The notes under the pieces were generated by a model that ran no database searches, was not told the origin of the DNA, and was given only the letters and a program-made list of their open reading frames with translations. Both the position numbers and the translations under genes were made by a program. A stretch of 32,000 nucleotides of DNA, from positions 2,751,127-2,783,126 of the forward strand of contig NC_004459.3 in the NCBI RefSeq assembly GCF_000039765.1. Direction: 5' to 3'. Positions within the stretch are counted from its first letter, which is position 1. Each line of letters begins with the position of its first letter. Origin of the DNA: Vibrio vulnificus CMCP6 (lineage in GTDB: Bacteria > Pseudomonadota > Gammaproteobacteria > Enterobacterales > Vibrionaceae). Below, piece after piece: positions 1 through 11,116 of this stretch.

Positions 1-56
1 TCGCGAAGAAATCGTCTTCGACTTTCGGATGTTTTTTTGCTGTTGCTTACACTCAT
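1..56 (-). CDS. Possible 5' end of a gene running off the left edge, N-terminus MSVSNSKKTSESRRRFLR, Tat-like signal
   Basis: Reverse strand ATG at 56 preceded by AGGTGA about 6 nt upstream; encoded SRRRFLR resembles the Tat consensus SRRxFLK; frame stays open to the window edge. Confidence 0.35.
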   Translation of the reverse strand, partial: MSVSNSKKTSESRRRFLR

Positions 57-192
57 TGCTTCACCTATCGCCTTCATGTGTCGCACTTGTTTTATACTAG
101 TTGTCCGCGCACAAAATCGCTGAAGATATAGGCGTAATGTAACTGGATGGCGTTCGTTTTCTATCACCCCAAAAGGGTAATCAAACACTTGA

Positions 193-206
193 TTGAGTTA
201 GATCAA
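193..206. promoter_or_regulatory. Candidate FNR-type binding site TTGAG-TTAG-ATCAA
   Basis: One mismatch to TTGAT-N4-ATCAA; lies about 140 nt upstream of the putative Tat-type start at 56. Confidence 0.35.
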
Positions 207-394
207 ACGTCATTATTCAACTCTGACACTAAGCTCACGATTTTTGCCTGCTAAAGATGAAAGCCGCGAGCATTAAAACGGGTGAAGGAATGTTGCAATC
301 AATCCACTAGAGCAACACCGTAAGGCATTCCGTCATGGTGTCGTCGCCGTGGATTGAAGGATTGAAGGAACCAGCAAGAGCAAAAGCACTGCGA

Positions 395-1315
395 TCAGAT
401 AATCAGATCACCTTGCTGAAGAAAGCTGAATTCTTGGCTGTTTTTAGCAAATAACACGCAGATTTTAATCGGCTCGAGCTTCGCTTGTTGAATCTTTTCC
501 GAGAGTTGTGCCGGAGTTTCATAACTCAAACGTTGGGCATCTCGACGCACCATTTCTAGAAAAGCAGGATGAATCTGCTCTGGTGCCAACACAAGCTCCG
601 CTTTTTGCATATAACGAAGGGCTTTAATAGGTAACAGCTCAACATCTTCTGTGCAACCAATCCATGTGCATTGCGCAGTTCGTTGAAGCTCCCCTTTGAT
701 TGCCTGTGCAAACAAGGTTTCAAGCTCTCTATGATTTTGTGACGATTTGACCTCTGGTAAGTCAAAAAACAGCTCCCAAAACATGCGACGTTCTTCGACT
801 GTCGGGAATCGCTCTTTAACCGCCACACGTTTTGACTCGGCGAACTCCGCCAGCAAACTAAGATTTTGTGGCAAAACCGCTTCTAATGATTCTCTGAGAT
901 TACGAATCAACACAGGGGAAGCACCACCACTGGATATGGCAATTTGCACTCGCCCACGCGAGATCATTGAAGGCGTAATGAAGTCACAATACGGTTTATC
1001 ATCCACGACGTTCACCAACAGATTGCGCTGTTTAGCGTCACGGTATACTTGATGGTTGAGAGACGGATTGTTGGTTGTCGCCCAGACTTGAACATAGGCC
1101 CCATCCATCAACTCAGATGAATAGAAATTTTTCACCCAGTAACAGCGGTTTTCCTCCACCCAACGGTGAAGCTCATCCACCAATGTCGGCGAGACGATCG
1201 TTACTTTCGCCCCGACATTTAACAGCGCTTCAATTTTACGACTGGCAACTTCCCCTCCTCCGACAACAAGTACGGGTTTGTTTTCTAGATCCATGAAAAG
1301 AGGAAAATATCGCAT
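395..1315 (-). CDS. Siroheme synthase-like protein, precorrin-2 dehydrogenase / sirohydrochlorin ferrochelatase (CysG N-terminal / Met8p-like)
   Basis: N-terminus MRYFPLFMDLENKPVLVVGGGEVASRKIEALLNVGAKVTIVSP with Rossmann motif and DKPYCDFITPSMISRG...AISSGGASPVLIRNLRE typical of the family. Confidence 0.9.
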   Translation of the reverse strand: MRYFPLFMDLENKPVLVVGGGEVASRKIEALLNVGAKVTIVSPTLVDELHRWVEENRCYWVKNFYSSELMDGAYVQVWATTNNPSLNHQVYRDAKQRNLLVNVVDDKPYCDFITPSMISRGRVQIAISSGGASPVLIRNLRESLEAVLPQNLSLLAEFAESKRVAVKERFPTVEERRMFWELFFDLPEVKSSQNHRELETLFAQAIKGELQRTAQCTWIGCTEDVELLPIKALRYMQKAELVLAPEQIHPAFLEMVRRDAQRLSYETPAQLSEKIQQAKLEPIKICVLFAKNSQEFSFLQQGDLII

Positions 1316-1773
1316 TTAAATCCCTGTTTGTTCTTTATGACTAAAGCGCTCATCGTAGCAGATTTGGTGCATAAATATCATCACAAACCGATGTAACAAA
1401 TAATTTTTGTTCGAATTTCAAACACAAAGCAGTGAATAACTCCAAACAACAACCGCCATACAGCCCTTGATTCCATAATACTATTAATATAATTGACAAA
1501 AGCTCTCTTGCACTACTTCAGTAACCAATTGCACTATTTACATTCAGTTAACATTTGGTCATTCTAATTACCACAGGGTTTGTGATTCCTCTCAAAAATC
1601 TTTTTAAATTATACAGTTGAGAAATCAAAAATCCTTTCCTACGCTTATAAATAATTGATTTCCGAACAGCCGTTTTGAACGGAGGTCAATCAGTTAGGAC
1701 ACACACAACAACAATTGAGCACGTTGTATCAGGTGTTACCTGGTTTAACTTGGATCATACAGGAAGGATACAA

Positions 1774-2802
1774 ATGGCAAATAAACTCACTATTCTGGCT
1801 TCATTGGTAGCGGCATCTACTGCTATGTTGTCGTCAAATGCATTCGCTGCTGAAAGCACTCTAGACAAAGTGACAAAACAAGGTTTCTTAACTTGTGGTG
1901 TCAGTACTGGCCTACCAGGTTTCTCCAACCCTAACTCAAAAGGTGAATGGGAAGGTATTGACGTTGAATACTGCCAAGCGATTGCGGCGGCAGTGTTGGG
2001 CGACAAAACGAAAGTGAAATATGTTCCCCTCACTGCTAAAGAACGCTTTACCGCTCTACAATCGGGTGAGATTGATGTTCTTTCGCGTAACACGACATGG
2101 ACGCTACACCGTGATACCGCGCTTGGTTTGAACTTTGTTGGCGTGAACTACTACGACGGCCAAGGTTTTATGGTGAAAAAAGACCTCGGCATCAAGAGCG
2201 CCAAAGAGCTTGATGGCGCATCCGTTTGTGTTCAATCCGGTACCACCACTGAACTTAACTTAGCGGACTACTTCCGTAATTCAGGTATGAGCTACAAGCC
2301 TGTTGTATTTGATACGGCAGCTCAAACCTCAAAAGGTTTCGACGCTGGTCGTTGTGACGTGTTGACGACAGACCAATCTGGCCTGTATGCACTTCGTCTA
2401 AACCTGCAAGATCCAAACTCTGCGGTCGTTCTTCCTGAAATTATTTCTAAAGAGCCTCTAGGCCCTGTGGTTCGCCAAGGTGACGATCAATGGTTCAACA
2501 TCGCGAAGTGGACACTAAATGCGATGATCAACGCAGAAGAGTACGGCATCACCTCTAAAAACGCAGAAGAGATGCTTAAGTCTAATGATCCAAACGTGAA
2601 ACGTATCCTAGGTGTTGATGGGCCGAAAGGTAAAGGCCTAGGCATCCGTGATGATTGGGGTTACCAAGTCGTTAAGCAAGTTGGTAACTACGGAGAGAGC
2701 TTTGAACGTACTGTCGGTACAGGTTCTCCTCTGCAAATCTCTCGTGGTGTTAACGCACTATGGAATGCTGGCGGCTTCATGTACGCGCCACCGATCCGTT
2801 AA
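1774..2802 (+). CDS. aapJ: General L-amino acid ABC transporter, periplasmic substrate-binding protein
   Basis: The supplied ORF begins at 1675, but the ATG at 1774 (MANKLTILASLVAASTAMLSSNAFAAES signal peptide) has an AGGAAGG Shine-Dalgarno upstream; body resembles AapJ/BztA, followed by two permeases and an ATPase. Confidence 0.9.
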   Translation: MANKLTILASLVAASTAMLSSNAFAAESTLDKVTKQGFLTCGVSTGLPGFSNPNSKGEWEGIDVEYCQAIAAAVLGDKTKVKYVPLTAKERFTALQSGEIDVLSRNTTWTLHRDTALGLNFVGVNYYDGQGFMVKKDLGIKSAKELDGASVCVQSGTTTELNLADYFRNSGMSYKPVVFDTAAQTSKGFDAGRCDVLTTDQSGLYALRLNLQDPNSAVVLPEIISKEPLGPVVRQGDDQWFNIAKWTLNAMINAEEYGITSKNAEEMLKSNDPNVKRILGVDGPKGKGLGIRDDWGYQVVKQVGNYGESFERTVGTGSPLQISRGVNALWNAGGFMYAPPIR

Positions 2803-2817
2803 CAGTTATCTGTGATG

Positions 2818-2848
2818 AAATGGGCGGACCAGTGCCGCCCTTTTTTCT
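2818..2848 (+). terminator. GC hairpin plus T tract after aapJ (may attenuate read-through into the permeases)
   Basis: GGGCGG...CCGCCC followed by TTTTTT. Confidence 0.7.
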
Positions 2849-2874
2849 AAAAATGGATTAGAGGTTATTGTTGT

Positions 2875-4080
2875 ATGAAACCCGATAAAAACACGTCTTC
2901 AGGTGTTAGTGCCAAACCGTCTTCGAGCACCAACCTGCTTTATAATCCCACTTTTCGCTCGGTCGTCTTTCAGGTCATCGCCATTCTGGCGCTGGTATTT
3001 TTCTTCTACACCATCGTCAATAACGCGTTAACAAACCTAAATGCTCGAGGCATTGCCACTGGCTTTGATTTTCTTTCGCAAGAAGCCGGATTCGGCATTG
3101 GTTTAACGCTGATTGAATATGATGAAACCTTTTCTTATGGTCGAACGTTCGTTATCGGCCTCCTTAATACGGCCTTAGTGTCATTTCTTGGCATCATATT
3201 AGCAACCGTACTCGGTTTTGTTATCGGCATCGCTCGTTTGTCTTCAAACTGGTTGGTGAGTCGATTTGCGGCGATATACATTGAAATTTTCCGTAACATC
3301 CCGTTGTTACTGCAAATCTTCTTCTGGTATTTCGCAGTGTTGCAAGCGTTACCTTCGCCAAGACAAAGTATCAGTTTAGGTGAAGCAATCTTTCTTAATG
3401 TTCGAGGCTTGTTTTTCCCAAAACCGGTTTTTGAAGCGGGAAGTGCGTTTATTTTTGCCGCACTATTCGCGGGCATCATTGCGACAATATTTATTGGCGT
3501 GTGGGCCAGAAATAAGCAAAAGTTAACCGGACAACAAACACCGATGGGGCGAATCGCTTTAGCCTTAATTGTCGGTTTACCTGCGCTTGTTTACTTTGTT
3601 TCTGGAATGCCAGTCTCAGCGGAGTATCCTGCACTGAAAGGCTTCAACTACCAAGGTGGCATCAGCATCATCCCTGAGTTGGCAGCACTGTTGGTGGCGC
3701 TGAGCATTTATACTGCAGCGTTTATTGCAGAAATTGTTCGTTCAGGTATTAATGCTGTAAGCCATGGTCAAACTGAGGCAGCGATGTCCCTTGGCCTACC
3801 AAGGACTCGCACCCTGAAACTGATCATCATTCCTCAAGCGTTACGAATCATCATTCCACCGCTGACCAGTCAATACCTTAATTTGACCAAAAACTCGTCT
3901 TTAGCCATGGCAATTGGCTACCCAGATTTGGTTTCTGTTTTTGCTGGTACAACGCTCAACCAAACAGGGCAAGCGATCGAAATCATTGCAATGACGATGG
4001 GGGTATACCTGACGCTAAGTTTGGTCACATCAGCACTGATGAACATTTACAACAAGAAAGTTGCTTTGGTGGAGAGATAA
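2875..4080 (+). CDS. aapQ: Amino acid ABC transporter permease
   Basis: Multi-TM protein with the inner membrane permease signature HGQTEAAMSLGLPRTRTLKLIIIPQALRIIIPPLTSQYL; operon context. Confidence 0.9.
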   Translation: MKPDKNTSSGVSAKPSSSTNLLYNPTFRSVVFQVIAILALVFFFYTIVNNALTNLNARGIATGFDFLSQEAGFGIGLTLIEYDETFSYGRTFVIGLLNTALVSFLGIILATVLGFVIGIARLSSNWLVSRFAAIYIEIFRNIPLLLQIFFWYFAVLQALPSPRQSISLGEAIFLNVRGLFFPKPVFEAGSAFIFAALFAGIIATIFIGVWARNKQKLTGQQTPMGRIALALIVGLPALVYFVSGMPVSAEYPALKGFNYQGGISIIPELAALLVALSIYTAAFIAEIVRSGINAVSHGQTEAAMSLGLPRTRTLKLIIIPQALRIIIPPLTSQYLNLTKNSSLAMAIGYPDLVSVFAGTTLNQTGQAIEIIAMTMGVYLTLSLVTSALMNIYNKKVALVER

Positions 4081-4081
4081 G

Positions 4082-5179
4082 ATGAAAGTACATCAATTTC
4101 AACCTGATCTTCCACCGCCAGCAAACACCGTAGGTGTTATCGGTTGGATGAGGAAGAATCTATTCAACAGTCCGGTCAATTCTGTACTGACGCTGGTGTT
4201 GGCATACTTTGCTATCAGCACTTTATGGTATGTCGCCGATTGGGCTTTTTTAAGTGCTGACTGGGTCGGCTCCACACGGGATGCCTGTACTCGAGAAGGG
4301 GCTTGTTGGGTATTCATCAGCGTGCGTTGGGAGCAATTCATGTATGGCTTCTATCCTGAAGCCGAACTGTGGCGCCCTCGCCTGTTCTACATTACGCTGG
4401 CGATTTTCACTCTGCTACTCGCCTATGAGAAAACACCAAAACGAATGTGGATTTGGCTATTCTTTGTCAACATCTATCCATTTATCGTTGCTGCGCTTCT
4501 TTACGGTGGTGTGTTTGGACTAGAAGTAGTAGAAACCCATAAATGGGGCGGCTTGCTGGTCACCTTGATCATTGCATTAGTGGGTATTGTGGTTTCACTA
4601 CCGATTGGCGTCGCTTTGGCACTGGGTCGTCGTTCAGATATGCCAATCATTCGTAGCTTATGTACGGTGTATATCGAAGTATGGCGTGGTGTTCCATTAA
4701 TCACCGTGCTGTTTATGGCATCGGTGATGCTACCTCTGTTTCTCTCTGAAGGCTCAGAGACGGATAAACTGATCCGCGCATTGATTGGTGTGGTGATGTT
4801 TAGTGCCGCCTACATGGCTGAGGTGGTTCGTGGTGGCTTACAGGCCATACCAAAGGGCCAGTACGAAGCGGCCGACGCACTAGGGTTAACGTATTGGAAA
4901 AAAATGGGCTTAATTATTCTGCCGCAAGCGTTGAAAATTACCATTCCGTCCATCGTAAACACCTTTATTGGACTCTTTAAAGACACCAGTCTTGTGCTGA
5001 TCATCGGTATGTTCGATGTGTTGGGCATTGGACAAGCCGCAAACACCGATCCCGAGTGGCTTGGTTTTGCTACAGAAAGTTATGTATTTGTCGCGTTAGT
5101 GTTCTGGGTATTTTGTTTTGGCATGTCGAGATACTCGATATGGCTAGAAAATAAACTACACACCGGTCACAAACGATAA
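4082..5179 (+). CDS. aapM: Amino acid ABC transporter permease
   Basis: [44 protein letters not shown] permease signature; likely start MKVHQFQ at 4082, immediately after the aapQ stop, not 4061. Confidence 0.9.
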   Translation: MKVHQFQPDLPPPANTVGVIGWMRKNLFNSPVNSVLTLVLAYFAISTLWYVADWAFLSADWVGSTRDACTREGACWVFISVRWEQFMYGFYPEAELWRPRLFYITLAIFTLLLAYEKTPKRMWIWLFFVNIYPFIVAALLYGGVFGLEVVETHKWGGLLVTLIIALVGIVVSLPIGVALALGRRSDMPIIRSLCTVYIEVWRGVPLITVLFMASVMLPLFLSEGSETDKLIRALIGVVMFSAAYMAEVVRGGLQAIPKGQYEAADALGLTYWKKMGLIILPQALKITIPSIVNTFIGLFKDTSLVLIIGMFDVLGIGQAANTDPEWLGFATESYVFVALVFWVFCFGMSRYSIWLENKLHTGHKR

Positions 5180-5202
5180 TTCAGAAAACTCAAGGACGTA
5201 TT

Positions 5203-5952
5203 ATGACGCAACAACAAGATTACATGATCCAACTGAAGGATATGAATAAGTGGTACGGTGAGTTTCACGTACTAAAAAACATCAATCTGAATGTTAAAAA
5301 AGGCGAAAAGATTGTTATCTGTGGCCCATCTGGTTCCGGTAAATCCACTATGATTCGCTGCATTAACCGATTGGAAGAACACCAAGCAGGGCAAATTCTG
5401 GTCTCTGGTACTGAACTAACCGAAGACCTCAAAAACATCGAAGCAGTAAGGCGAGAAGTCGGCATGTGTTTCCAACACTTTAACCTCTTCCCTCACCTAA
5501 CGGTTTTGGAAAACTGCACGTTGGCACCAATTTGGGTAAAGAAAATGCCTAAAGAAGAAGCGGAAGCCATTGCAATGAAGTACCTTGAACGGGTTAAGAT
5601 TCCAGAGCAAGCAGATAAGTACCCAGGCCAACTTTCCGGTGGTCAGCAGCAGCGAGTCGCCATTGCACGCTCACTCTGTATGAGCCCTAAAGTCATGCTT
5701 TTCGATGAGCCAACATCTGCACTCGACCCAGAGATGGTACGCGAGGTATTGGATGTCATGGTTGAACTGGCAGAAGAAGGCATGACCATGTTGTGTGTTA
5801 CCCACGAAATGGGCTTTGCCAAAGAAGTAGCGGATCGCGTTATCTTCATGGATGCCGGTGAAATCATTGAAGAAAACAATCCGAAAGAGTTTTTTGAGAA
5901 CCCTCAATCCGATCGTACGCAAAACTTCCTTGCACAAATTCTGCATCACTAA
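5203..5952 (+). CDS. aapP: Amino acid ABC transporter ATP-binding protein
   Basis: Walker [10 protein letters not shown], signature LSGGQQQR, Walker [15 protein letters not shown]. Confidence 0.95.
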   Translation: MTQQQDYMIQLKDMNKWYGEFHVLKNINLNVKKGEKIVICGPSGSGKSTMIRCINRLEEHQAGQILVSGTELTEDLKNIEAVRREVGMCFQHFNLFPHLTVLENCTLAPIWVKKMPKEEAEAIAMKYLERVKIPEQADKYPGQLSGGQQQRVAIARSLCMSPKVMLFDEPTSALDPEMVREVLDVMVELAEEGMTMLCVTHEMGFAKEVADRVIFMDAGEIIEENNPKEFFENPQSDRTQNFLAQILHH

Positions 5953-5966
5953 TGTGAGCACGACTG

Positions 5967-5998
5967 AAAAGAGGCGTCTTCAACGCCTCTTTTTTTCG
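5967..5998 (+). terminator. Rho-independent terminator after aapP
   Basis: GAGGCG...CGCCTC followed by a T tract. Confidence 0.85.
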
Positions 5999-6154
5999 TC
6001 TATAGTGGAAATAAAGTGTTACAAACTGGATAATGCATAACTCATTATTTCTACTATCATTTTGGCTAGTAACGAATAAAGTCAGGCTTGATTTTTGGAA
6101 CGATCGGCCTCATATATAGACATATAAATTAAACATACTCTCAAGAGGAAGATT

Positions 6155-6817
6155 ATGAACAGTCCTATGTTTACCCGTACTTCTACACAAGAAAGTGCTC
6201 TACAGACAAACAAAGTACTACGTAACACTTACGCCCTACTTTCTATGACTTTACTTTGGTCAGCTATCGTTGCTGGTGTCGCTATGGTGATGAACCTCCC
6301 TCACCCCGGTATAATCATTACATTAGTTGGCTTCTATGGCCTACTATTCCTAACAGAGAAGAACCGCAACAACGGTCTTGGCCTTGTATTCACATTCGCA
6401 CTAACCGGTTTTATGGGTTATACACTTGGACCAATCCTAAACGCTTATGTGGGCGCAGGAATGGGTGATCTTATCGTAACAGCACTAGGCGGTACCGCTC
6501 TTTCATTCTTAGCGGCATCAGCTTACGCACTGACAACTAAGCGCGACCTATCTATGATGGGCGGTTTGATGCTTTCACTATTTGTAGTTTTGATTGTTGG
6601 TATGATCGCAAGCATCTTCATTCAGTCAACAGTACTTCACCTAGCCTTAAGCAGCTTGTTCATTGTTTTCTCTACAATGGCAATCTTAATGACCACTCAA
6701 AGCATTGTTCGTGGTGGTGAAACAAACTACATTTCAGCAACTGTGACTCTATACGTATCAATTTACAATATCTTCGTCAGCCTACTTCAAATCCTCGGCA
6801 TTATGAACGACGACTAA
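6155..6817 (+). CDS. Bax inhibitor-1/YccA family membrane protein
   Basis: Seven-TM-like hydrophobic profile, family-like motifs (GPILNAYVGAGMG, GGTALSFLAASAYAL, NIFVSLLQILGI) and synteny with tusE/yccX/rlmI as in Escherichia coli yccA. Confidence 0.85.
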   Translation: MNSPMFTRTSTQESALQTNKVLRNTYALLSMTLLWSAIVAGVAMVMNLPHPGIIITLVGFYGLLFLTEKNRNNGLGLVFTFALTGFMGYTLGPILNAYVGAGMGDLIVTALGGTALSFLAASAYALTTKRDLSMMGGLMLSLFVVLIVGMIASIFIQSTVLHLALSSLFIVFSTMAILMTTQSIVRGGETNYISATVTLYVSIYNIFVSLLQILGIMNDD

Positions 6818-6840
6818 TTGTTTAGTGTTAAATCAATTCA

Positions 6841-6869
6841 AAGCCCGGAGCATTGCTTCGGGCTTTTTC
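6841..6869 (+). terminator. Rho-independent terminator after the BI-1 family gene
   Basis: AGCCCG...CGGGCT then TTTTT. Confidence 0.8.
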
Positions 6870-6888
6870 TTGATTTGCGATAGGAAAT

Positions 6889-7263
6889 CTAGGCTTGATC
6901 GACCGCAAGAACAATCACTTCATCCGCAGGCGGGTTTTCTCTAAAGCGCCTCACTTGAATGGTCTCCTCTCCCAACATGATTTTCTTAGCAATTCGATGC
7001 ATACCATCAAAGACTTTGTAATCGCTGGTTAAAATCACAGGGTACGACAAGTCAGCGTTGTTAATTCTTTGGCAGTGCTTTGCTATCTCTCGACATGTAG
7101 GCATAGGCCCTTCCATGCTAAACCAAGTCACTTCATCTGGCCCTTTTATCTCATCAATGGGGAGCTCCTCTACAGGAAGTGATTCAGCAAGTGCCCAAAT
7201 GCGCTCAATAGACCAAATAGATTTCTCGTTGTCATTAATTTCAATGTAACGCTGTTTTGACAT
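6889..7263 (-). CDS. Small orphan protein with a ParB N-terminal-like fold
   Basis: 124 aa ORF; LPIDEI ... YPVILTSDYKVFDGMHRIAKKIMLGEETIQVRRF resembles the ParB/Srx core (VIL...DGxHR). No partner gene adjacent. Confidence 0.55.
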   Translation of the reverse strand: MSKQRYIEINDNEKSIWSIERIWALAESLPVEELPIDEIKGPDEVTWFSMEGPMPTCREIAKHCQRINNADLSYPVILTSDYKVFDGMHRIAKKIMLGEETIQVRRFRENPPADEVIVLAVDQA

Positions 7264-7672
7264 GACTGACTCCTTGTCATAATTTCCATTTATAATATCG
7301 AATGAAATTTATAACAAAAACAAAAGAATAGCGACCCACTATTACAAACACAACGAAGTAAGCAGCCTATACTGCAATAAAGTGCTCTTTATCTGAGACA
7401 TCACATGTAAACGAGATCAATAAACATGAATAAATCTTACTAGGCATGCAAATTTTTCATTACCCGCCCCGACAATTTTCTAACACAGCGCATAATTATT
7501 TAGCTCCTTGAATAACGACGCATTGCGGCTATGTGGTCAACGGTTAATAAAAATCAATCCGGGATTGGATGCTTTTGCTTCGCTCGGTGTGATAATGGGA
7601 TTCTTTTGTTGAGAAGCGCCTTACGTGTACGCTACCCTATACCCATCTTTATTGACTCGATGGATATAGCGC

Positions 7673-8002
7673 ATGTTCGTTTACAACGGCAAACAAATTG
7701 AAACCGATGCTCAAGGCTACCTACTAGACCACACTCAGTGGGAAGAAGGGATGATTGAGATACTTGCCGAGCAAGAAGGCATTGAGCTCACAGATGCTCA
7801 TCTAGAAGTGATCCACTTTGTGCGTGACTTTTATGAAGAATTCAATACCTCACCAGCGGTGAGAATGCTGGTGAAAGCCATGGAAAAATCGCACGGTCCT
7901 GAAAAAGGCAACAGCAAGTATCTTTTTAAGCTTTTCAAAGAAGGACCAGCAAAACAAGCGACCAAACTTGCAGGTTTACCCAAACCGGCAAAGTGCCTCT
8001 AA
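7673..8002 (+). CDS. tusE: Sulfurtransferase TusE (DsrC/TusE family)
   Basis: [70 protein letters not shown]...C-terminal CL cysteine. Confidence 0.93.
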   Translation: MFVYNGKQIETDAQGYLLDHTQWEEGMIEILAEQEGIELTDAHLEVIHFVRDFYEEFNTSPAVRMLVKAMEKSHGPEKGNSKYLFKLFKEGPAKQATKLAGLPKPAKCL

Positions 8003-8030
8003 CTCCCTATTTTTATCCTGTAGCGCTCAG

Positions 8031-8303
8031 CTACAGGATTTCAAACCCTTGATATTCACGACAGGTAATTTCTTCTCTTTTAAGCTCATCAACGCGAGCC
8101 GTTTTGGGTCCCTGTTCTAACCATTTGGCAAACTCTTCTATCTTCAGTGGTTCACCACAGGCTATCACTTCGACATCTCCGTTATATAAATTCTTTGCAT
8201 AACCGACTAAATTTAGCTTTAGGCCTTGATGTGAGGTGTGGTATCGAAATCCAACCCCTTGAACTATGCCAGAGACCACAAATTTTTCGCATCTTATTGC
8301 CAT
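8031..8303 (-). CDS. yccX: Acylphosphatase
   Basis: [41 protein letters not shown] is the acylphosphatase signature. Confidence 0.92.
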   Translation of the reverse strand: MAIRCEKFVVSGIVQGVGFRYHTSHQGLKLNLVGYAKNLYNGDVEVIACGEPLKIEEFAKWLEQGPKTARVDELKREEITCREYQGFEIL

Positions 8304-8391
8304 CCGTATACCTCTCCGTTTTTTTGAGTGATATATTTATTAAGTCTATTCACCCCACAAAGGACCGTGGGTTACTAAGAGCATAATAATT

Positions 8392-9795
8392 ATGAAAGAA
8401 ATACCATTTCGTTGGATTGATAAATATCTCATCCATTTAAAAATTCAAGAAAAGTTCTATCTGCTTTTCCTACTTCCTCTGATTGCATTACTTATCCTTA
8501 CGCTCGTTCTTGATAACGCGGCAGACGCCATGCTCAATCATCTCTATCAAGATGAGTTGATATTGATGAAAAACTTTATCGAAGCCGGCAACTTATCACG
8601 CTCTCAAGTGATGGATATTTTGGCTTCATCCAATACCATTGCATTGGGCTCTGGCGCAGGCTCAGTTTCTGTTCTCAATGGCTCATTTAACTTGGTGGCC
8701 ACCCACGAGCAAGACTTGTGGACTGCCCTTTCCAGCGTCCACTGGACCATTATTTCTGTCTCTCTCTTCATTGTTGCACTCGCGGTTTACTACATTATGA
8801 CGTTCATTGGTGGCGCGATGTTCACAATGAACAAAGCATTGAGTACGCTTGCCAATGGTGATCTCACAGCGAGAATGAACTTTTTCCAAGTCAGGGATGA
8901 ATTCAGTACCATCGCTATCACTATAGACAAGGTTGCGGAGCGAGAGCAAAAGATGGTGCTGTCGATCCAAGAGTCTGTCGCTTTAATGCAACAAATAAGC
9001 TCAGATCTTAATCAGTCTATTTGCAGCAGTTCTGATATTTCAAACTCACAACAAGAACATTTGAACTCATTGGCGAGTGCCACTGAACAGATGGCCTCGA
9101 CGATTCGCGAAGTGGCCAACCTTGCCCACGATTCGAGCACACAAACGGAAGATGCTCGCAGTGTTGCGCAATCTGGCCAGGTGAAAGTGGCAAATACCTT
9201 GAATTCGATTTCTCAACTCTCCTCTGAAATCCAATCCGCTTCTCAGGCGGTAGAAGAGTTGGATGCCAACGCAGCGCAAATCGATGAAGTTGTCACCACC
9301 ATCAATGGTATCTCAGAGCAAACCAACCTACTTGCATTAAACGCAGCAATTGAAGCAGCCCGTGCAGGCGAACAAGGTCGTGGTTTCGCCGTGGTTGCCG
9401 ATGAAGTTCGTGCTCTAGCCGGACGAACTCAGCAAGCAACGGTTGAGATCCAAGCGATGATTGAAGCATTACAACGTAACAGTCAGTCACTCACCAAACT
9501 AATGGAAGTGACGGTAAATAATGCTAACCAAGGTCAAACCTTGATGTCGGAAGTCAATCATGAGATTGCTTCTCTAGCAGATAAAAACCAAACCATTTCA
9601 GACAGCAGCACTCAGATTGCGACCGCCGCTGAAGAGCAAGGTGTGGTTGCCGATAATATCGCAGCAAGCGTGGAGGAAATTCGGATGCAGTCCAATAACG
9701 TATGCGAAATGATCAACATGACCTCGCGCAATGTCGAGCAACTAAGAAATCAGAGTGATGCAATGGAAAGCTTACTCACCGGGTTGAAAGCATAA
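8392..9795 (+). CDS. Methyl-accepting chemotaxis protein
   Basis: Two TM segments, HAMP-like linker, signalling hairpin [40 protein letters not shown]. Confidence 0.95.
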   Translation: MKEIPFRWIDKYLIHLKIQEKFYLLFLLPLIALLILTLVLDNAADAMLNHLYQDELILMKNFIEAGNLSRSQVMDILASSNTIALGSGAGSVSVLNGSFNLVATHEQDLWTALSSVHWTIISVSLFIVALAVYYIMTFIGGAMFTMNKALSTLANGDLTARMNFFQVRDEFSTIAITIDKVAEREQKMVLSIQESVALMQQISSDLNQSICSSSDISNSQQEHLNSLASATEQMASTIREVANLAHDSSTQTEDARSVAQSGQVKVANTLNSISQLSSEIQSASQAVEELDANAAQIDEVVTTINGISEQTNLLALNAAIEAARAGEQGRGFAVVADEVRALAGRTQQATVEIQAMIEALQRNSQSLTKLMEVTVNNANQGQTLMSEVNHEIASLADKNQTISDSSTQIATAAEEQGVVADNIAASVEEIRMQSNNVCEMINMTSRNVEQLRNQSDAMESLLTGLKA

Positions 9796-9813
9796 ACCGC
9801 GATAAAACTGAGC

Positions 9814-9837
9814 AAAGGCCGCCAATGCGGCCTTTTT
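9814..9837 (+). terminator. Rho-independent terminator after the MCP gene
   Basis: AAAGGCCGC-caat-GCGGCCTTTTT. Confidence 0.8.
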
Positions 9838-9904
9838 GCTATTTGCTTTTCTACTCTGATTCCTTGAAAATACCCCACTTTCATTTTTGCTTAAGAGAAT
9901 TTCA

Positions 9905-11098
9905 ATGTCTGCTGCCATCTATTTAGTCAAAGGTCGTGAGAAGTCTGTTGTTAGACGCCACCCTTGGATCTTTTCTCGTGGGATCGATAGGGTCGAAGGT
10001 AATCCACAATTAGGAGAAACCGTTGATGTTTATGGTCACGATGGCAAATGGTTAGCCAAAGCAGCCTATTCTCCTGAATCTCAAATTCGAGCTCGCGTAT
10101 GGAGCTTTGAAAAGCAAGATATTAACAGAGCGTTTTTTGTAAAACGCATCCAAGACGCTCAACTTCTTCGCGAAGATGTGATTGAGCGAGATGGCTTAAC
10201 TGGCTACCGCCTTATTGCAGCAGAATCTGATGGCATGCCTGGTGTGACCATCGACCGTTACCAAAATTTCTTCGTCTGCCAACTTCTCAGTGCTGGCGCC
10301 GAACATCAAAAGCAAAATATTGTTGACGCATTAATTGAAGTTTTCCCTGACTGCAATGTGTACGAGCGCTCAGATGTTTCCGTACGTAAGAAAGAAGGTC
10401 TCCAAGAAACAACCGGCGTTTTACATGGTGAAATGCCACCAAAATCTGTTGTTATCGAAGAAAATGGCGTCAAAATTAGCGTTGATATTGTCGGTGGACA
10501 CAAAACCGGTTTCTACTTAGATCAGCGTGACAGTCGCCAACAAGCGATGAAATACGTCAAAGACAAAGAGGTTCTCAACTGCTTCTCATACACTGGTGGT
10601 TTTGGCCTCTATGCCCTAAAAGGTGGCGCAAAGCGCGTGATTAACGCTGATGTCTCTCAACCAGCACTCGATACGGCAAAGTTTAATGCTGAGCTCAATG
10701 AATTCGATATTTCTAAGAAACGCGCTGTTTTCCTAAACGCAGATGTCTTTAAACTTTTGCGTGAATATCGAGATCAAGGCACCAAATTTGACGTGGTGAT
10801 CATGGATCCACCAAAGTTTGCTGAAAGCAAAGCGCAGCTCAATGGCGCATGTCGTGGCTATAAAGACATCAACATGCTAGCCTTTGAGATACTCAAATCC
10901 GGTGGTACATTGCTGACTTATTCATGCTCTGGTTTGATGGATTTAGCTCTTTTTCAAAAAATCATTGCTGATGCCGCAGTTGACGCGGGTCGTACTGTAA
11001 AATTTGTGGAACGTTTCGAGCAAGCTGCGGATCACCCAGTTGATACGGCTTATCCAGAAGGTTTTTACTTGAAAGGCTTTGCATGTAAAGTTATTTGA
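9905..11098 (+). CDS. rlmI: 23S rRNA (cytosine-1962-C5) methyltransferase
   Basis: N-terminal PUA-like region, [10 protein letters not shown]-type [48 protein letters not shown]; likely start at 9905 ([26 protein letters not shown]). Confidence 0.92.
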   Translation: MSAAIYLVKGREKSVVRRHPWIFSRGIDRVEGNPQLGETVDVYGHDGKWLAKAAYSPESQIRARVWSFEKQDINRAFFVKRIQDAQLLREDVIERDGLTGYRLIAAESDGMPGVTIDRYQNFFVCQLLSAGAEHQKQNIVDALIEVFPDCNVYERSDVSVRKKEGLQETTGVLHGEMPPKSVVIEENGVKISVDIVGGHKTGFYLDQRDSRQQAMKYVKDKEVLNCFSYTGGFGLYALKGGAKRVINADVSQPALDTAKFNAELNEFDISKKRAVFLNADVFKLLREYRDQGTKFDVVIMDPPKFAESKAQLNGACRGYKDINMLAFEILKSGGTLLTYSCSGLMDLALFQKIIADAAVDAGRTVKFVERFEQAADHPVDTAYPEGFYLKGFACKVI

Positions 11099-11116
11099 TG
11101 TAGGCATACCATTGTA

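Noticed and set aside
7264-7672. Possible hidden gene, attC site or small mobile element in the ORF-poor gap before tusE
   Set aside because: I found no convincing inverted repeats, integrase recognition site or coding frame; it may simply be intergenic.
8392-9795. Chemotaxis gene cluster or novel signalling system around the MCP
   Set aside because: No che genes are adjacent; stand-alone MCPs are common in Vibrio genomes.
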